IMG/VR virus record: IMGVR_UViG_3300020335_000006
Location: 1 to 54,189 of that record
Length of the DNA stretch: 54,189 bases
Source of the DNA: a virus
Lineage: Duplodnaviria; Caudoviricetes
Strand: one strand, 5' to 3'
In this document: positions 9,510 through 18,583 of the stretch, one piece after another
Position numbering within the stretch: the stretch's first letter is position 1
Layout: every line of letters starts with the position of its first letter
Notes under the pieces: generated by a model
The model's input: the letters and a program-made list of their open reading frames with translations, nothing else
Told to the model about the DNA's origin: nothing
Databases searched by the model: none
Made by a program: the position numbers and the translations under genes

Positions 9510-10439
9510 ATGGCAACATATAATCTTAAATATAACACCGACGATTCTATAATTAGACACGTTATTATTGGTCTACTTGCAGATTTAAATAATAAAGTAT
9601 GGTTTCAAAGACAGGTCAGTGCTAATGAAAGAAAGGACATAGACGTTCCCTTCTATTATTCCATAACAGGTGATGATCAGTTCTTAAGAGATAATTTCTT
9701 ATTTACAACGCCAAGTGGAGATGATTGCTATCCTGATCCTGGTTTTGCAGATGGAAACTACGATGTAATTCCAAGGGGAGTAGCTAGAATTTCTTCAATA
9801 TCTATAGAATCTTCAAAGCTAGTCAATAAGAGAATAATGGGAAATTACACTAGACTAGATGGTGAAGGATCTTTACAAGCATATTCTTCTGAATTTGAGA
9901 TGATTCCAATATTAATAAGTTTCGATATAGAAATACTAGTATCTTCGATGCTTGACTCTTTAAAAATTACCGAAATGATAGTAAAGAGATTATACAAATC
10001 TAATTATTTTAATGTAGAGGTAGGTCATCTAGAAGAAGGAACATATAGATTACCTTCATATTATTCTTTACCAGATGACTATACTGTAGAGGCTCCAATA
10101 GATTTTGGATTTGATGATAAAGACAAATATAAGATTACATTCCCAATTGAAGTAAATTCATTTATTCCTTCGTTTTCAAATACACCCGATGGAAATCCGG
10201 GCACTGGTTCAAGCACTGGTTCAGGAGATGGTTCAGGCGATGGTTCAGGAGATGGTTCAAGCTCTTCCAGTGCATATAGATATGGATCAGGTGGATCTTC
10301 TGAATTTCATGCAGGAAATAGAATGTTCGAAATAAAACAAAAATCAGTTACATCAAATAAAGGAGAAGCTAAGGACGAGCAAATACAGGCAACTCCCGAC
10401 GATCCTAGCATAATTGATGAAAACGACTTAGATATATAG
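9510..10439 (+). CDS. Tail sheath stabiliser / tail terminator (gp15-like)
   Basis: N-term SIIRHVIIGLLADLNN..IDVPFYY...IPR resembles T4 gp15; Gly/Ser-rich C-terminal insert. Confidence 0.65.
   Translation: MATYNLKYNTDDSIIRHVIIGLLADLNNKVWFQRQVSANERKDIDVPFYYSITGDDQFLRDNFLFTTPSGDDCYPDPGFADGNYDVIPRGVARISSISIESSKLVNKRIMGNYTRLDGEGSLQAYSSEFEMIPILISFDIEILVSSMLDSLKITEMIVKRLYKSNYFNVEVGHLEEGTYRLPSYYSLPDDYTVEAPIDFGFDDKDKYKITFPIEVNSFIPSFSNTPDGNPGTGSSTGSGDGSGDGSGDGSSSSSAYRYGSGGSSEFHAGNRMFEIKQKSVTSNKGEAKDEQIQATPDDPSIIDENDLDI
10199..10260 (+). repeat. Imperfect 12-bp tandem repeat encoding GTGSSTGSGDGSGDGSGDGS
   Basis: ggttcaggagat/ggttcaggcgat/ggttcaagcact units visible. Confidence 0.8.
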
Positions 10440-10468
10440 TTAAACAATAAAATTAAACGAATAATAAA

Positions 10469-11221
10469 ATGACAAACATGTTAGCGCCCTTCGTACAAAT
10501 TGAAGAAAGTATTCAATTCTATTTAAACAATAGAGCGTACGAAATAAAAGAAAACAACATTGAAATTATCGAAAGACCAACTAATAAAGAATTTTTAAAC
10601 GCAATTGCTGCCTTTGAAAATTTTGATATAGTAGGAAAAGATATTAAATGGTACAACAGAGGTTCAAAATTTATTTACAACATTGAAGAAGGAAAGTTCT
10701 ACAATGGAACATCTGAAATTAAAGAATCATTCTCAACATACGTATTAGCCAGCGGACTAGTTAGATATGAAAACAAAAATAAAGCTGAATTATTTGAAAG
10801 CCTTTCTACTATTGTAGAAAATTTCATGCATTTAGATTTCGCTACCACGTATAAGAAGGGAGGTGTCACTGTTGATTTATTCAAATTAGATGAAAATCTA
10901 TTTGTTTCAAGATTCAACAAAGACACCCGATTAAATAAATTCTTTTCAGCTACCGCTAACGAAGCAGTATCTTATATCAAAGCAGAAACTTCAGAAGACG
11001 CTTCAGCTGTAGTAATTGAAATGTTAGAAGGAGAAACTTTAGAACTTGCTAAGAAATCTAAAGAAACTTCAAAGTTTGAAGAAATGATTTCTTTCTTAAA
11101 AGACCAAAGAGGTTTATTAGCTGAAGCTGATAAATCAATTGAAGAAATTAAAGCCGCTGATGCTTTAATTAATTCAGAGATCAAGGTATGGGAAGATAAG
11201 ATTGAAGCATTAAACGCATAA
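10469..11221 (+). CDS. Hypothetical late protein with C-terminal coiled coil
   Basis: 250 aa ORF, preceded by GATATATA (10431-10438), followed by terminator. Confidence 0.75.
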   Translation: MTNMLAPFVQIEESIQFYLNNRAYEIKENNIEIIERPTNKEFLNAIAAFENFDIVGKDIKWYNRGSKFIYNIEEGKFYNGTSEIKESFSTYVLASGLVRYENKNKAELFESLSTIVENFMHLDFATTYKKGGVTVDLFKLDENLFVSRFNKDTRLNKFFSATANEAVSYIKAETSEDASAVVIEMLEGETLELAKKSKETSKFEEMISFLKDQRGLLAEADKSIEEIKAADALINSEIKVWEDKIEALNA

Positions 11222-11240
11222 GACGTATCATCGTAAATAG

Positions 11241-11266
11241 AAAAGGGACCATTGGTCCCTTTTTTA
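11241..11266 (+). terminator. Rho-independent terminator
   Basis: aaaagggacc-att-ggtccctttttt hairpin with T-tract. Confidence 0.85.
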
Positions 11267-11272
11267 GGTTAA

Positions 11273-11299
11273 TAAACTTTTTAACATTTCTGAGTATAA
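11273..11299 (+). promoter_or_regulatory. Class II promoter driving late sigma gene
   Basis: TAAAC-N17-TATAA. Confidence 0.7.
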
Positions 11300-11324
11300 T
11301 CCCTATAAATAAACCAACAATATT

Positions 11325-11708
11325 GTGGCTAAAAGAAGAAAATCAAAAAACTACTTAAACAACAGGGATCTATACGATCAAATGGTTCTTTCTAAGGATC
11401 AGGATAAATTGACAAGGGATGCTGAGAAGATGTTGATTCTCATAGCCGAAAAGGCAATTAATAGAATGAGATATGTCAGCGAGGATGATAGGAACGATTG
11501 TTTACAATTTGCTATATTAGACCTTTTAAAATACTGGAGAAATTTCAATCCTAAATATCCAAACGCATTTGCGTATTTTACAGAGATAGCAAAGAGAGGA
11601 TATGCTAAGGGATGGAATAAGATTCACCCTCAAAAATATAAAGGAACTTTATCTATAGACAAGGGATCGGGTAACTCTGAAAATCAAACAGGAATTTATA
11701 GCATCTAA
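11325..11708 (+). CDS. Late-transcription sigma factor (gp55-like), GTG start
   Basis: YLNNRDL...LIA....NFNP...NAFAYFTEIA signature of T4 gp55. Confidence 0.85.
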   Translation: MAKRRKSKNYLNNRDLYDQMVLSKDQDKLTRDAEKMLILIAEKAINRMRYVSEDDRNDCLQFAILDLLKYWRNFNPKYPNAFAYFTEIAKRGYAKGWNKIHPQKYKGTLSIDKGSGNSENQTGIYSI

Positions 11709-12196
11709 TGTCAATAAAGAATGTCAAACCAACTAAAAATTCAGGATTCAATCAAGGTTATTATAAACCTAATAATCCTTCTAAATATGCAGGACCTACT
11801 CCTATCATATATAGAAGTTCCTGGGAACGTAAGTTTATGATGTGGTGCGACAAAAATGAAAAGGTAAGTATGTGGTCAAGCGAACCGGTCGAAATACCAT
11901 ATTGGTCTAGACAGGATTCAACAAAAAGAAGATACTACCCTGATTTTTATTTTAAGGCAATTCAGCCCGATGAAACTACTAAAGAATATCTAGTAGAAAT
12001 TAAACCAAAGCAACAGATACAAAAACCAGAACCTCCTAAGGTAAATTCCAAGAAGGCTCTTAAATCATATAAATTTTTAGCAGAGCAGTATGTTAAAAAT
12101 ATGGATAAATATAATGCAGCTAAAGAATTCTGCTCTCAACGAAATTGGAACTTTATAGTTCTAACAGAAGAAACTATAATCAATGGGCTACATTAA
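11708..12196 (+). CDS. Head completion nuclease (gp4-like, TnsA-like fold)
   Basis: YRSSWERKFM.WCD, WSSE, IPY, YYPDF, VEIKP motifs. Confidence 0.88.
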   Translation: MSIKNVKPTKNSGFNQGYYKPNNPSKYAGPTPIIYRSSWERKFMMWCDKNEKVSMWSSEPVEIPYWSRQDSTKRRYYPDFYFKAIQPDETTKEYLVEIKPKQQIQKPEPPKVNSKKALKSYKFLAEQYVKNMDKYNAAKEFCSQRNWNFIVLTEETIINGLH

Positions 12197-12779
12197 AGAA
12201 GAAATCAATAAACTAATAAAGGGAAAGGGCAGGGCCAAGGCTGGCAATGAAGTTAGGAAATGGTTTGAAAAGAGCGTAAAAGATAAAAAAGAAAAAGCAG
12301 TAGGATCTATAAGATCTCCGTTTATTCCTGGAAAAATGTATGTATTTGAATATAAACCAGTGACAAAGGATATAATATGGTATGATGATAATCCAGTCGT
12401 ACTTGCATTAGAGCCTTACGAAGGAGACGATATAGGAATTAATATAACAATGCTTCCTCCTAAATTTAGAGAAGAGTTTTTAGACGAAATATATGATAAA
12501 TACCAACCGTATATTAAATCTGCTTCTAAAAAGGAAGATGCTAAAAGACAAAAAGGTTTACCTATGTTCACATATAAGGGAGCAAAGAGATACCTTGAAT
12601 CATTTGGATACGATTTTGCAATAAGAAGGTATAAGCCCTTTGGCAAATCTAATCAAGCAGTAGTTGCATATAAGGATTGGTGTAAAATGGCAATATGTGA
12701 CTTTGATTCTCTTCAGGGAATCAATAAACAGCAGCTGATTAGATTATTTGAAGATCATCGTAGAAAAAAGAATATATAA
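12183..12779 (+). CDS. DNA end protector protein (gp2-like)
   Basis: PGKMYVFEY, YD..PVVL, GIN...LPP..R pattern; next to gp4. Confidence 0.75.
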   Translation: MGYIKEEINKLIKGKGRAKAGNEVRKWFEKSVKDKKEKAVGSIRSPFIPGKMYVFEYKPVTKDIIWYDDNPVVLALEPYEGDDIGINITMLPPKFREEFLDEIYDKYQPYIKSASKKEDAKRQKGLPMFTYKGAKRYLESFGYDFAIRRYKPFGKSNQAVVAYKDWCKMAICDFDSLQGINKQQLIRLFEDHRRKKNI

Positions 12780-12811
12780 AGAGAAGTATAATACAATTGT
12801 AAATTTAACAC

Positions 12812-14407
12812 ATGGCAGGTTTTATAGAAAGAAATGGACCACTAAGTACTGGTAAAAGATCATTCACCTTAAGTGATACACTAAAAAGACTATCGTCTTT
12901 CGGAATGTATTACGACGATTTGGTTTTAAGACAATCACAGGCAATAGGTCCGGTAGAAGATGAATTTGGTTACGGCCAGATGAATCAAATGGGATTAGAC
13001 GACGATAATATGTATGGCGCATTCGCTGCATTATCGATGGCTGACACCACAATGCGTAAAAATATTCCTTTCTTCGACCAAGGATATGAAGGTAAAAGAG
13101 ATGAATTAAGAAAATTTTCAACTCATGATGAAATAGAAGATATATTAGATATCTTATGTGATGAATCAATAGTATACGATAATAAAAACTTTATCGGAAA
13201 TCCAGAACTTATTGGAATGGATGTTTCTGAAGAAGTTACAAAATACTTAAATAAATCATTTAGAGATTTATACCAATACTTTGGATTTAATTCAGATCAA
13301 TCGGCATGGTATTTCTTTAGAAAATTCTTAATTGACGGATATCTTTCTTTTGAAATTATTTATAGCCCAGATCAAGACCAAATTATAGGATTTAAAGAAA
13401 TAGATCCTATTACATTAATGCCAGGTTATAACAAGGATGATGGCAAAAAAGTATGGGTTCAATTTAAGGACGATCCAGTTAAGGAGAGAGTCCTGTATGA
13501 TTCACAGATCATCTATATTTCTTATTCTTCAATAACCACTGCCTCTAGGGTAAGTTACTTAGAAAGACTTATAAGATCATTTAACCTGATGAGAATAATG
13601 GAACACACTAGAGTTATCTGGGCCGTTACGAACTCATCATACAGAATGAAGTTTATTATCCCAGTTGGTGGTAAATCTAAAACAAGAGCTAAACAATCTC
13701 TTGCTCAATTAATGGGTAACTATAAAGAAGTTGTAGATTTTGATTGGGATTCAGCTACATTAGCAACTAATGGAAAACCAATGCTTCAATTTAATAAAGA
13801 ATACTGGTTACCATCTAAGGAAGGAGAATCTCCAGAGATTGAAACGCTAGGTGGCGAAGGTCCAGAATTATCAGATACAGAAGCACTTAAATATTTTAAT
13901 GATAAATTAAAAATGGTTTCTAAAATACCTTACAACAGATTCATGTACGAAGATGGTGGAGGAGACTTTAACCTAGCAGCGGATGGTATGATTAGAGACG
14001 AAATTAAATTCTCTAAATTTATTAAAAGATTACGTTCTTCATTCCAGGAGGTTTTAGTAAAACCATTATGGTTACAGATGTGTCTTAAATTCCCTGAATT
14101 TAAAGATGATGCAGGTTTCAGAACTCAAATAGCTATTCAATTTAATGAAGAAAATATGTTCGCTGAGTTAAAGACAATGGAAATTATGGAGAAAAGATTA
14201 GAGTTTATATCTACAATGCAAGATTCTCTAATGAAAACAGATCCAGTTACCATGGAAGAAATGCCTTACTTTGATATGGAATTCTTAGTAGACAGATACT
14301 TGAAATTATCACCAGATGATAAAGCAGCAAACGAAGCTTATAAAGCAAGACAGGCTTCTGCAGAAGCAGAAGAACCTGAGGTGGACCCAATGGACATGGG
14401 ATTCTAG
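12812..14407 (+). CDS. Portal vertex protein (gp20-like)
   Basis: FRKFLIDG, IDP, SYLE..I..FN.MR.ME, EYWLP, EIETL.G, IRDEIKFSKFI.RLR motifs. Confidence 0.92.
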   Translation: MAGFIERNGPLSTGKRSFTLSDTLKRLSSFGMYYDDLVLRQSQAIGPVEDEFGYGQMNQMGLDDDNMYGAFAALSMADTTMRKNIPFFDQGYEGKRDELRKFSTHDEIEDILDILCDESIVYDNKNFIGNPELIGMDVSEEVTKYLNKSFRDLYQYFGFNSDQSAWYFFRKFLIDGYLSFEIIYSPDQDQIIGFKEIDPITLMPGYNKDDGKKVWVQFKDDPVKERVLYDSQIIYISYSSITTASRVSYLERLIRSFNLMRIMEHTRVIWAVTNSSYRMKFIIPVGGKSKTRAKQSLAQLMGNYKEVVDFDWDSATLATNGKPMLQFNKEYWLPSKEGESPEIETLGGEGPELSDTEALKYFNDKLKMVSKIPYNRFMYEDGGGDFNLAADGMIRDEIKFSKFIKRLRSSFQEVLVKPLWLQMCLKFPEFKDDAGFRTQIAIQFNEENMFAELKTMEIMEKRLEFISTMQDSLMKTDPVTMEEMPYFDMEFLVDRYLKLSPDDKAANEAYKARQASAEAEEPEVDPMDMGF

Positions 14408-14429
14408 AAAAAAGAATATATAATTAACA

Positions 14430-14798
14430 ATGAAACACTTACAAACATTTAACAATTACTCTAGTTTAACAGAGGATGCAATAGAGGTCGGAGACGATTC
14501 GGATGTAATAGTAGACGATGTTCTTTTAGACTCGGGTGAAAAAATTAAATCAGCTGAGATCATTGGAGTAATGAATACTAGTAAAACTGAAAAAGAATTC
14601 AAAGAATATTTCTATAAAGAATATGGAAATAATGCATTTACTGAAGAAGATATGCAAACTTTGGTGACTTATTATCTAGAAGTAGAAACTGAACTAAAGG
14701 CTAAGGAAACTGCAGAAGAAGAAGCTGCTAAGAAAGACGAAGGAGAAGGAGAAGGAGCCGGTGGCTTAGAAGATGCATTAGGAGACTTGGAAATATAG
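14430..14798 (+). CDS. Acidic prohead core / internal protein
   Basis: Between portal and protease; acidic; N-term MKHLQTFNNY..LTE; late promoter at 14414. Confidence 0.65.
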   Translation: MKHLQTFNNYSSLTEDAIEVGDDSDVIVDDVLLDSGEKIKSAEIIGVMNTSKTEKEFKEYFYKEYGNNAFTEEDMQTLVTYYLEVETELKAKETAEEEAAKKDEGEGEGAGGLEDALGDLEI

Positions 14799-14856
14799 AA
14801 AAATGAAAAACCATTATTCTTCAAAAGATATATAAACAAACATAGTATTAAAATAT

Positions 14857-16884
14857 ATGAATACAAAAAACAATCTATTAATCCTAGAAAGATCTTCTAG
14901 CGAATTAGAATTCAAAAAAGATAGCAGTGGGGCTTATGTCCTTGAAGGTGTGTTTGGTGAAATTGACAAAAAGAATAGAAATAATAGAATCTATACTGAG
15001 TCAGAATATGTTCCCCAAATCGAATCGCTTCAATCTAAGATAGGTTCTTCTAAGTTATTAGGAGAATTAGACCACCCGCAAACATTTGACGTATCTTTAA
15101 AAAATGTTTCACACATTATTGAAGAATTAACGTATGATAAAGAAACAAAGCAAGTAAGAGGTAAAATTAGATTACTTGATACTGAAGCTGGCCGCCAAGC
15201 TAAAGCGTTAGTTGACGCTGGTGTTCCTTTACAAATTTCATCTAGAGCAGCTGGAACAGTTGAATCTAACGGGACAGTTAAAATTAAGCAGTTATTTACA
15301 TATGACTTAGTAGCTGATCCTGGTTTTGAAAACGCTGAATTAAAAAGAGTTAACGAATCTTATGGATTTGATAACGATTCTAGCATTCAAATTTATGAAA
15401 TTGGACAAACAAAAGAACTTTTAACAACCGAAAATAAAACTGAAAACAAAATGGCTGAATCAAAATTCGTAAGCACTGATGATTTTAATAAATACTCACA
15501 GTACTTATCAAGCGAAATAAAAACTATTAAAGAGGGAATGGAATCTTTAAATAGCGATGAATCTGTAAAGTCTGAAGTGGAAAGCGTAAAAGAATATTCA
15601 AACTATCTTGCTGAGAAATTAGAAAAGACTATCGAGTATTCTGCATACCTTGCTGAAAACTTAGATAATACAATAACTACAAATAACGAAATATCTGAGA
15701 AATTAGATAATAGCGTTGCATATACTGAGCATGTTGCCGAAGGTGTTGAATCAATTAAAGACTATACTAATTACTTAGCAGAATCTTATAATGAAGGTGC
15801 AACAACTCACGAAGGCTTATTAAAGTATATTGAATACTTAAAAGAAAATTTAGAAAAAGTTACTGAATACGCAGAATACGTTGCAGAAACAGTTAATTCT
15901 AACTTATTACTAGAAGATGAAGCTGGTAAAGAAGTTGAAGAAATTGAAGATGAAGACGATTCTACAGACGTTACTGAACCTACAGTTGATGCTGAAGATA
16001 ATGAATTAGATCACGGTGCAGAAGTTGAAGACAAATCTGACGAGTTAGAAGACGAGTTAGAAGATACAGTTGACGATGCAGGTGATGAAGAAATTTCTGA
16101 AGAAACTGAAGCAGTTGAAGAAACTGAAGAAGACGTTGAAGAAGGAAATGCATTCGGTGCTGCAAGAGCAAAAGCAATCGCAGACGGAGAAAAAGAATTT
16201 ACAGTAGACGGTGAAACTTATAAAGTTGAAGACGTTGACGCTGAAGATAAAGAAAATGCAGAAGAATTCGTAGAAGAAGAAGTTGAAGCTACTGAAGAAG
16301 TTGAAGCTACTGAAGAAGTAGAAGAAACTGAAGAAGTAGAAGAAGCAGTAGATACATTAGATGCTTACAAATCTGAAATTAGTTCTAAACTATCTGCCTT
16401 AATCGAAAAAGCAACAGTTAAAGAAAATACTAACCCTCATTTCTTTAGATTTATTTCTGAAGCTAAGAAATCAGAATATAACGAATTAAATACTGAAGAT
16501 CAATCTAAAGTATTAAAATCAATCGAAGGAAAAGGATTCTTAACTGAAGGACAAATTCTTACATTATGGAACTCTTCATTAATAAATAGCGTTAAAACTA
16601 ACGAACCTAATGTTATTGAAATGATGCCAGAGGAATATAAAGAAACATGGTCTAACTTATCAGATAATAAGAAAACAGCTCTTTTAGCTCAATCTAAATA
16701 CCATAAACTAGAAACTGCTTACCAAGTAAGAAACTTCTGGCAAACTAGAGATCTTAGAGATGTCAAAGTTGTTATGGAAAAAGTAGAGTCAGTAAATGAA
16801 GCTGCTCCTGTTGCTGAAAAGAAGAAACCTTTATACGATTTAACTGATGTTAAGAAGTCTATTAACAAGAGATTCAACAAGTAA
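14857..16884 (+). CDS. Prohead protease (gp21-like) fused to acidic scaffold domain (gp22-like)
   Basis: N-term NRNNRIY, LGELDHP, ISSRAAG, DLVADPG protease motifs, then about 500 aa Glu-rich helical region with YxxYLAE repeats. Confidence 0.85.
   Translation: MNTKNNLLILERSSSELEFKKDSSGAYVLEGVFGEIDKKNRNNRIYTESEYVPQIESLQSKIGSSKLLGELDHPQTFDVSLKNVSHIIEELTYDKETKQVRGKIRLLDTEAGRQAKALVDAGVPLQISSRAAGTVESNGTVKIKQLFTYDLVADPGFENAELKRVNESYGFDNDSSIQIYEIGQTKELLTTENKTENKMAESKFVSTDDFNKYSQYLSSEIKTIKEGMESLNSDESVKSEVESVKEYSNYLAEKLEKTIEYSAYLAENLDNTITTNNEISEKLDNSVAYTEHVAEGVESIKDYTNYLAESYNEGATTHEGLLKYIEYLKENLEKVTEYAEYVAETVNSNLLLEDEAGKEVEEIEDEDDSTDVTEPTVDAEDNELDHGAEVEDKSDELEDELEDTVDDAGDEEISEETEAVEETEEDVEEGNAFGAARAKAIADGEKEFTVDGETYKVEDVDAEDKENAEEFVEEEVEATEEVEATEEVEETEEVEEAVDTLDAYKSEISSKLSALIEKATVKENTNPHFFRFISEAKKSEYNELNTEDQSKVLKSIEGKGFLTEGQILTLWNSSLINSVKTNEPNVIEMMPEEYKETWSNLSDNKKTALLAQSKYHKLETAYQVRNFWQTRDLRDVKVVMEKVESVNEAAPVAEKKKPLYDLTDVKKSINKRFNK
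16272..16347 (+). repeat. Imperfect 18-bp tandem repeat (EEVEAT)
   Basis: gaagaagttgaagctact x2 plus degenerate copies. Confidence 0.75.
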
Positions 16885-17039
16885 TATCTTAATATTTTAG
16901 GAAAAACGTAAAAAACGTAAATATAATAACAATATATAGTATATCGATAATCAGATAAGAAGAAAAAATCTGACAAACATCGAGAAGATCGTTCAATCGA
17001 TCAAATTTAAACAACCATTAAAAAAAAACAAATAATAAA

Positions 17040-18464
17040 ATGGCAAATTTAATTAACTCTGCAGAAGTTAGAGAAACTTGGGCTCCGATCATCGAATCAG
17101 CTACAGGTATCAACGAAGCAGAAAAACTAGCGTGGATGTCAGAATACTGTCATAACCACAAACTTTACGAAGATGCACACATCATGTCTTTAGGGACTGC
17201 TGGAAATATCTTTGGTATGGGTGATGTAAAATTACCTTCAGCTATCGGTGCTGCCGATGGTTCAGGAGATAAAGCTCCAACATTATTACCATTAGCAATG
17301 CAAGTTGCTGCACAAACTATCGGTTTAGATTTAGTACCTGTAGTACCAATGGCTGGACCAATGGGATTACTTTCTTATTTAGACTTCGTTTATGAAGGTG
17401 GTAAAGTAAGTGCTCTAAACACTACTGCTCCAACTTACGTAAAAGCTTCTGCTGCTCCAGACACAGTAAATGACGGTGACGGTAATGCAATTGATTTTGA
17501 AGTAGGTACTTCAAGATTAGATGGTATGAAAATCTATGACGTATCTACAATGACAGGTACTATCTCTGATGCTTTCCCAGCTAATACTAAAATCGAATTA
17601 GTAAAAGCTTTAGAAGATCACATCAAAGGATTCGCTGCTGCTGACAAGGATGGTAACCCATTCTCAAGAGGTGTTGGTGAACAAACTCCTGACAAAATCA
17701 TGGGTCTTTCTTTATTCTCAAAAAGTGTTGCTGCTGAAACTTTCCAAGTTGCTGCTGCAGTTACTAGAGAACAAGTACAAGATCTTAAACAATTCGGTGT
17801 AGATGCTGTTGCTCAAGTTGAGTCAGTATTAACTAACGAATTAACTCAGTCAATCAACAACTTAATCTTAGCTAAGATTAATGGTTTAGGTAAAGAAAAT
17901 GCTGGATCAAGTGCGGCTAATGCGCCATACGCATCTGATGATTTAGATATCGATTTAGGTGTTGCTGCTGATTATTTAGGTGGTGAGACTTTAGCTTCTA
18001 ACCATAGAAGAATCTTAACTTCAATCCTTGCTGCTGCGAACTATATCGCAAACAAAGGTAGAAGAGGTGCTGGTAACTTCTGTGTTGTAGGTCCTAAAGT
18101 AGCTACAGCTTTACAATCAGTTGCTGGTTTCGTTGCTAACCCAATGGCTAACACATTATCACAAGCAGCAGGTGCAATCTACCCAGTAGGTTCTGTAGCT
18201 GGTGTAAATGTATACACTGACCCAAGACAATCATGGGAAGGTGGTACTAATAACACTTTCGAAGTAGTAGTTGGTAGAAAAGGTGACGGTAACGGTCCTG
18301 GATTAGTATTCATGCCTTACTTAATGGCTGAATCAGTACAAACAATCGCTGAAGGAACTATGGCTCCTAAAGTTGCTGTTAAATCTAGATTCGCATTAGT
18401 TGAAGCAGGTTTCCACCCAGAAACTCAATACGCTACATTTAACGTTAAGAACTTAGCTCTTTAA
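17040..18464 (+). CDS. Major capsid protein (gp23-like)
   Basis: W.PIIE N-term, V.PM.GP.G, EQVQDLK, GAGNF, FMPY, KSRFAL; strongly biased high-expression codons. Confidence 0.93.
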   Translation: MANLINSAEVRETWAPIIESATGINEAEKLAWMSEYCHNHKLYEDAHIMSLGTAGNIFGMGDVKLPSAIGAADGSGDKAPTLLPLAMQVAAQTIGLDLVPVVPMAGPMGLLSYLDFVYEGGKVSALNTTAPTYVKASAAPDTVNDGDGNAIDFEVGTSRLDGMKIYDVSTMTGTISDAFPANTKIELVKALEDHIKGFAAADKDGNPFSRGVGEQTPDKIMGLSLFSKSVAAETFQVAAAVTREQVQDLKQFGVDAVAQVESVLTNELTQSINNLILAKINGLGKENAGSSAANAPYASDDLDIDLGVAADYLGGETLASNHRRILTSILAAANYIANKGRRGAGNFCVVGPKVATALQSVAGFVANPMANTLSQAAGAIYPVGSVAGVNVYTDPRQSWEGGTNNTFEVVVGRKGDGNGPGLVFMPYLMAESVQTIAEGTMAPKVAVKSRFALVEAGFHPETQYATFNVKNLAL

Positions 18465-18491
18465 TTAGAACTAACTTAATTTTATAATATT

Positions 18492-18522
18492 AAAGGTCCT
18501 CTATTTTAGAGGACCTTTTTTT
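18492..18522 (+). terminator. Rho-independent terminator after major capsid gene
   Basis: aaaggtcctct-atttt-agaggacctttttttt. Confidence 0.9.
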
Positions 18523-18583
18523 GTTTCGTTGAAACTTAAACAGATATATAGACTATAAGTTTATAAACAAATCAATATAAAAG

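Noticed and set aside
11708-12196. TnsA transposase / mobile element
   Set aside because: Motifs and position next to gp2 and portal fit T4 gp4 head completion protein; no other transposon genes or ends
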